A stretch of 32,000 bases of DNA, taken from the NCBI GenBank assembly GCA_023898645.1, contig CP060232.1, positions 150,001-182,000 of the forward strand, read 5' to 3'. Below, piece by piece: positions 30,128 through 32,000 of the stretch (positions are counted from its first letter, which is position 1; every line of letters starts with the position of its first letter). The position numbers were made by a program, and so were the translations under genes. The notes beneath the pieces are model-generated. The model did not search any database. It was not told where the DNA came from and saw nothing but the letters and a program-made list of their open reading frames with translations. Source of the stretch: Candidatus Saccharimonadota bacterium. Lineage in GTDB: Bacteria; Patescibacteriota; Saccharimonadia; Saccharimonadales; Saccharimonadaceae.

Positions 30128-32000
30128 TGGCTAAGGCTAGCACGCTTAGTGAGACTTTTGATTCCTATAATACCCTGGTGTGGTATCGGTCGAACGCAAC
30201 GAATGTCGCCTACACAGGTGGTCAGCTTAAGCTTACACCAACAACGTCCTACCATTATCTCGATACTTTTACTGGGTATGACTTGACCGAATCACACTAT
30301 CAAGTTGAGTTTGTTCAAAACTGCAACGCGGGAAACCACGACTCGATAACGACTAATTTTACGGTTGTAGTAGACGGTAGTAATAGCTTTGAGTTTGAGA
30401 TTGGCGGCGGTCCGACTGGCTCGGTGGTTATGCGCGAGCAAGTGGCTGGAGTTAATTCTGAAACAACGACGACATATGATGCTACCAATTTTCGATGGCT
30501 ACGTTTGCGAGAGTCGGGAGGTACGATTTATTGGGAGACATCGCCAGATGGGTCGACATGGACTATCCAGCGGTCAAAAACCTCATCGCTAACACTGGCA
30601 TCGACAAATGTGATGTTGTCATGCGGCCGTTGGACATCGGAAACATCGCCAGGTAACTCTTATTTTGACAACCTAAATCCCGGCTCGCCTACGGCAACTC
30701 TGACTGACGATTTCAGTACAGAGGATACCATCAAGTGGACAGGATATGAAGGCAACGTCGCTTCCGTTGTCGATGGTCGCCTAGCGTTATCGGGCGCTAC
30801 ATCGGACTACTACCCGCCTTTAGAATCGGTGAGTACCTATGTGTTTACGGGCTCCTACGTTGCGTGTCAGTTTGTTGAAAACTTCCCCGAGGGAAATGGT
30901 AGTTACACATTGGAATTTTATGTAGGTAGCGATACGAACAACCGAATTGAATTTCAGATTAATGGCGGTAGTCTTGGTATTTCAATGAAAGAAAAGGTGG
31001 CAGGAGTAGTGTCTTCTAGTGATTTGATATACAACCCGCTGCGACACAAATGGTTACGCATGCGCGAGTCAGGCGGGACGGTATATTGGGAAACCTCGAT
31101 AGACAGCGCGACATGGGTCGAACGTTGGTCGAAAGCCACTACATTGAATCTCAATAACGTCACCATCGGCTTTAACGGTGGATATTACGGTACTGAAACA
31201 GGCAGTCCTGTCGCCTTGTTTGATAATTTCAATCTTATTGCCGGGACAAACATTGGCTACGATGAACCGCTACCTATCTCGCTGCTTACCGATGAATTTA
31301 CTACCCTTGATGGTTCAAAGTGGTATGCGCCGCCTGAATATAGTATTAGTGCAGTGGACAGTGTGTTATCTATACCTGTCGTGCCGAATGACTATCATTA
31401 CATAAATACCAATGACACTTGGAATTTAATTGGTGATTCCTTGTTGCTTGAATTGGTTCAGAACGCCAACCGTGGATCATCTCAGTATGGCACCATCACT
31501 ACTGAAATAGCCGTCATTGTAGATGCCACGAATCGGGTTCAATTCATGATTGGCGGTGGCAATGGATCGGAGATTAAGTTGCGCGAGGTCGTTGATGGCA
31601 CGCCGTCAGACACGACGATTATTTATGACCAAACTTTACATCGTTGGTTTCGAATTCGAGAAAATAGCGGAGCTGTTTACTGGGAGACTTCCAAGGACGG
31701 TGCAGTATGGAACATCCAACGGTCAAAATCCACCACGCTTGATTTGTCTAGTGTGAAAGTGCAGTTTACGGTGGGTTCGTATGAGAACGAAGTCGACCCA
31801 GGTACTGTACTGATTGACAATGTTAATCTTCCTAACACTGCTTTGCAAGCGCAGATAGGATGGTACGTTAATTCGCTTCCGCTAGGGGCGACTGATGGCG
31901 GTACGATACAGCCGAAAAATTTCTTTCAGCAAGCCGATTGGCTATGGAAACCAATTCCAGATAATCCGGTGCTCGATCCAATGTCGGCACTTTGGGGTGC
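30127..32000 (+). CDS. large protein F with three tandem ConA/LamG-like jelly-roll repeats; 3'-truncated by the window end
   Basis: Absent from the ORF track because there is no stop in the window. I translated frame 1 from ATG 30127 through 32000 (624 codons) and found no stop. The product is MAKASTLSETFDSYNTLVWYRSN... with three repeats. Each contains F-[RHK]-W-[LF]-R-[LMI]-R-E-[SN]-[GS]-G-x-[IV]-Y-W-E-T-S-x-D-[GS]-x-x-W and ends in [FI]-D-N-[LFV]-N-L. It is start/stop-coupled to gene E. Confidence 0.8.
   Translation, partial: MAKASTLSETFDSYNTLVWYRSNATNVAYTGGQLKLTPTTSYHYLDTFTGYDLTESHYQVEFVQNCNAGNHDSITTNFTVVVDGSNSFEFEIGGGPTGSVVMREQVAGVNSETTTTYDATNFRWLRLRESGGTIYWETSPDGSTWTIQRSKTSSLTLASTNVMLSCGRWTSETSPGNSYFDNLNPGSPTATLTDDFSTEDTIKWTGYEGNVASVVDGRLALSGATSDYYPPLESVSTYVFTGSYVACQFVENFPEGNGSYTLEFYVGSDTNNRIEFQINGGSLGISMKEKVAGVVSSSDLIYNPLRHKWLRMRESGGTVYWETSIDSATWVERWSKATTLNLNNVTIGFNGGYYGTETGSPVALFDNFNLIAGTNIGYDEPLPISLLTDEFTTLDGSKWYAPPEYSISAVDSVLSIPVVPNDYHYINTNDTWNLIGDSLLLELVQNANRGSSQYGTITTEIAVIVDATNRVQFMIGGGNGSEIKLREVVDGTPSDTTIIYDQTLHRWFRIRENSGAVYWETSKDGAVWNIQRSKSTTLDLSSVKVQFTVGSYENEVDPGTVLIDNVNLPNTALQAQIGWYVNSLPLGATDGGTIQPKNFFQQADWLWKPIPDNPVLDPMSALWG
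30139..31830 (+). repeat. three tandem protein-domain repeats (about 180-185 aa each) inside gene F
   Basis: Repeat 1 is 30139-30678 (STLSETF...SYFDNLN). Repeat 2 is 30694-31236 (ATLTDDF...ALFDNFNL). Repeat 3 is 31276-31830 (ISLLTDEF...VLIDNVNL). The repeats are divergent at the nucleotide level but have a conserved motif order at the protein level. Confidence 0.8.

Noticed and set aside
4901-32000. Interpreting the fibre/tailspike genes as an ordinary integrated prophage or phage contig
   Set aside because: The window contains no terminase, portal, capsid, tape-measure, baseplate, holin/lysin or integrase gene. The three fibre loci are separated by dinB, tilS-ftsH-murJ, DipZ, a deaminase and transporters, all with cellular hallmarks. 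I cannot exclude tail-like structural genes elsewhere in the genome.

Overview
The window looks like chromosomal DNA from a small, streamlined bacterium. A Patescibacteria/CPR (Saccharibacteria-like) origin is my guess from gene content only, with low confidence. I ran no database search; every call rests on reading the translations.

Housekeeping genes with clear hallmark motifs:
- GH38 alpha-mannosidase
- a tRNA with anticodon CAU
- a CMP/dCMP-deaminase-like protein
- a PQ-loop/SemiSWEET-like transporter
- an XRE regulator with a membrane partner
- a DipZ-like CcdA-thioredoxin fusion
- dinB, tilS, ftsH and murJ

The striking content is a dispersed family of six large genes that resemble phage tail fibres or tailspikes. 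Together they cover 12,244 nt, about 38% of the window, in three loci: 4901-7015(-); 16414-18621 and 18705-20648; and 25591-28850, 29285-30127 and 30127->32000.
- Five of the six begin with the same about 35-aa module, M-[AS]-R-L-P-x-P-G-G-D-x-G-x-W-G-x-I-L-N-x-[FY]-L-[ST]-Q-x(4)-D-G-x-L-K.
- Their distal parts differ: pectate-lyase-like beta-helix, DUF2961/GH172-like plus LamG-like, glycine-rich domain, or a small beta-rich C-terminus.
- The sixth gene is not in the supplied ORF track because it runs off the window. It is start/stop-coupled (TAATG) to the fifth and carries three tandem ConA/LamG-like repeats of about 180-185 aa.
- No capsid, terminase, portal, tape-measure, baseplate or integrase gene is present. 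The family is interleaved with core genes, so this does not look like a conventional prophage.

Other notable points:
- a -1 frame break inside the largest fibre gene
- a recent duplication of terminator, promoter and N-module between two of the paralogues
- tRNA-fragment repeats and strong hairpins around the tRNA
- a shared palindromic operator flanking the XRE operon
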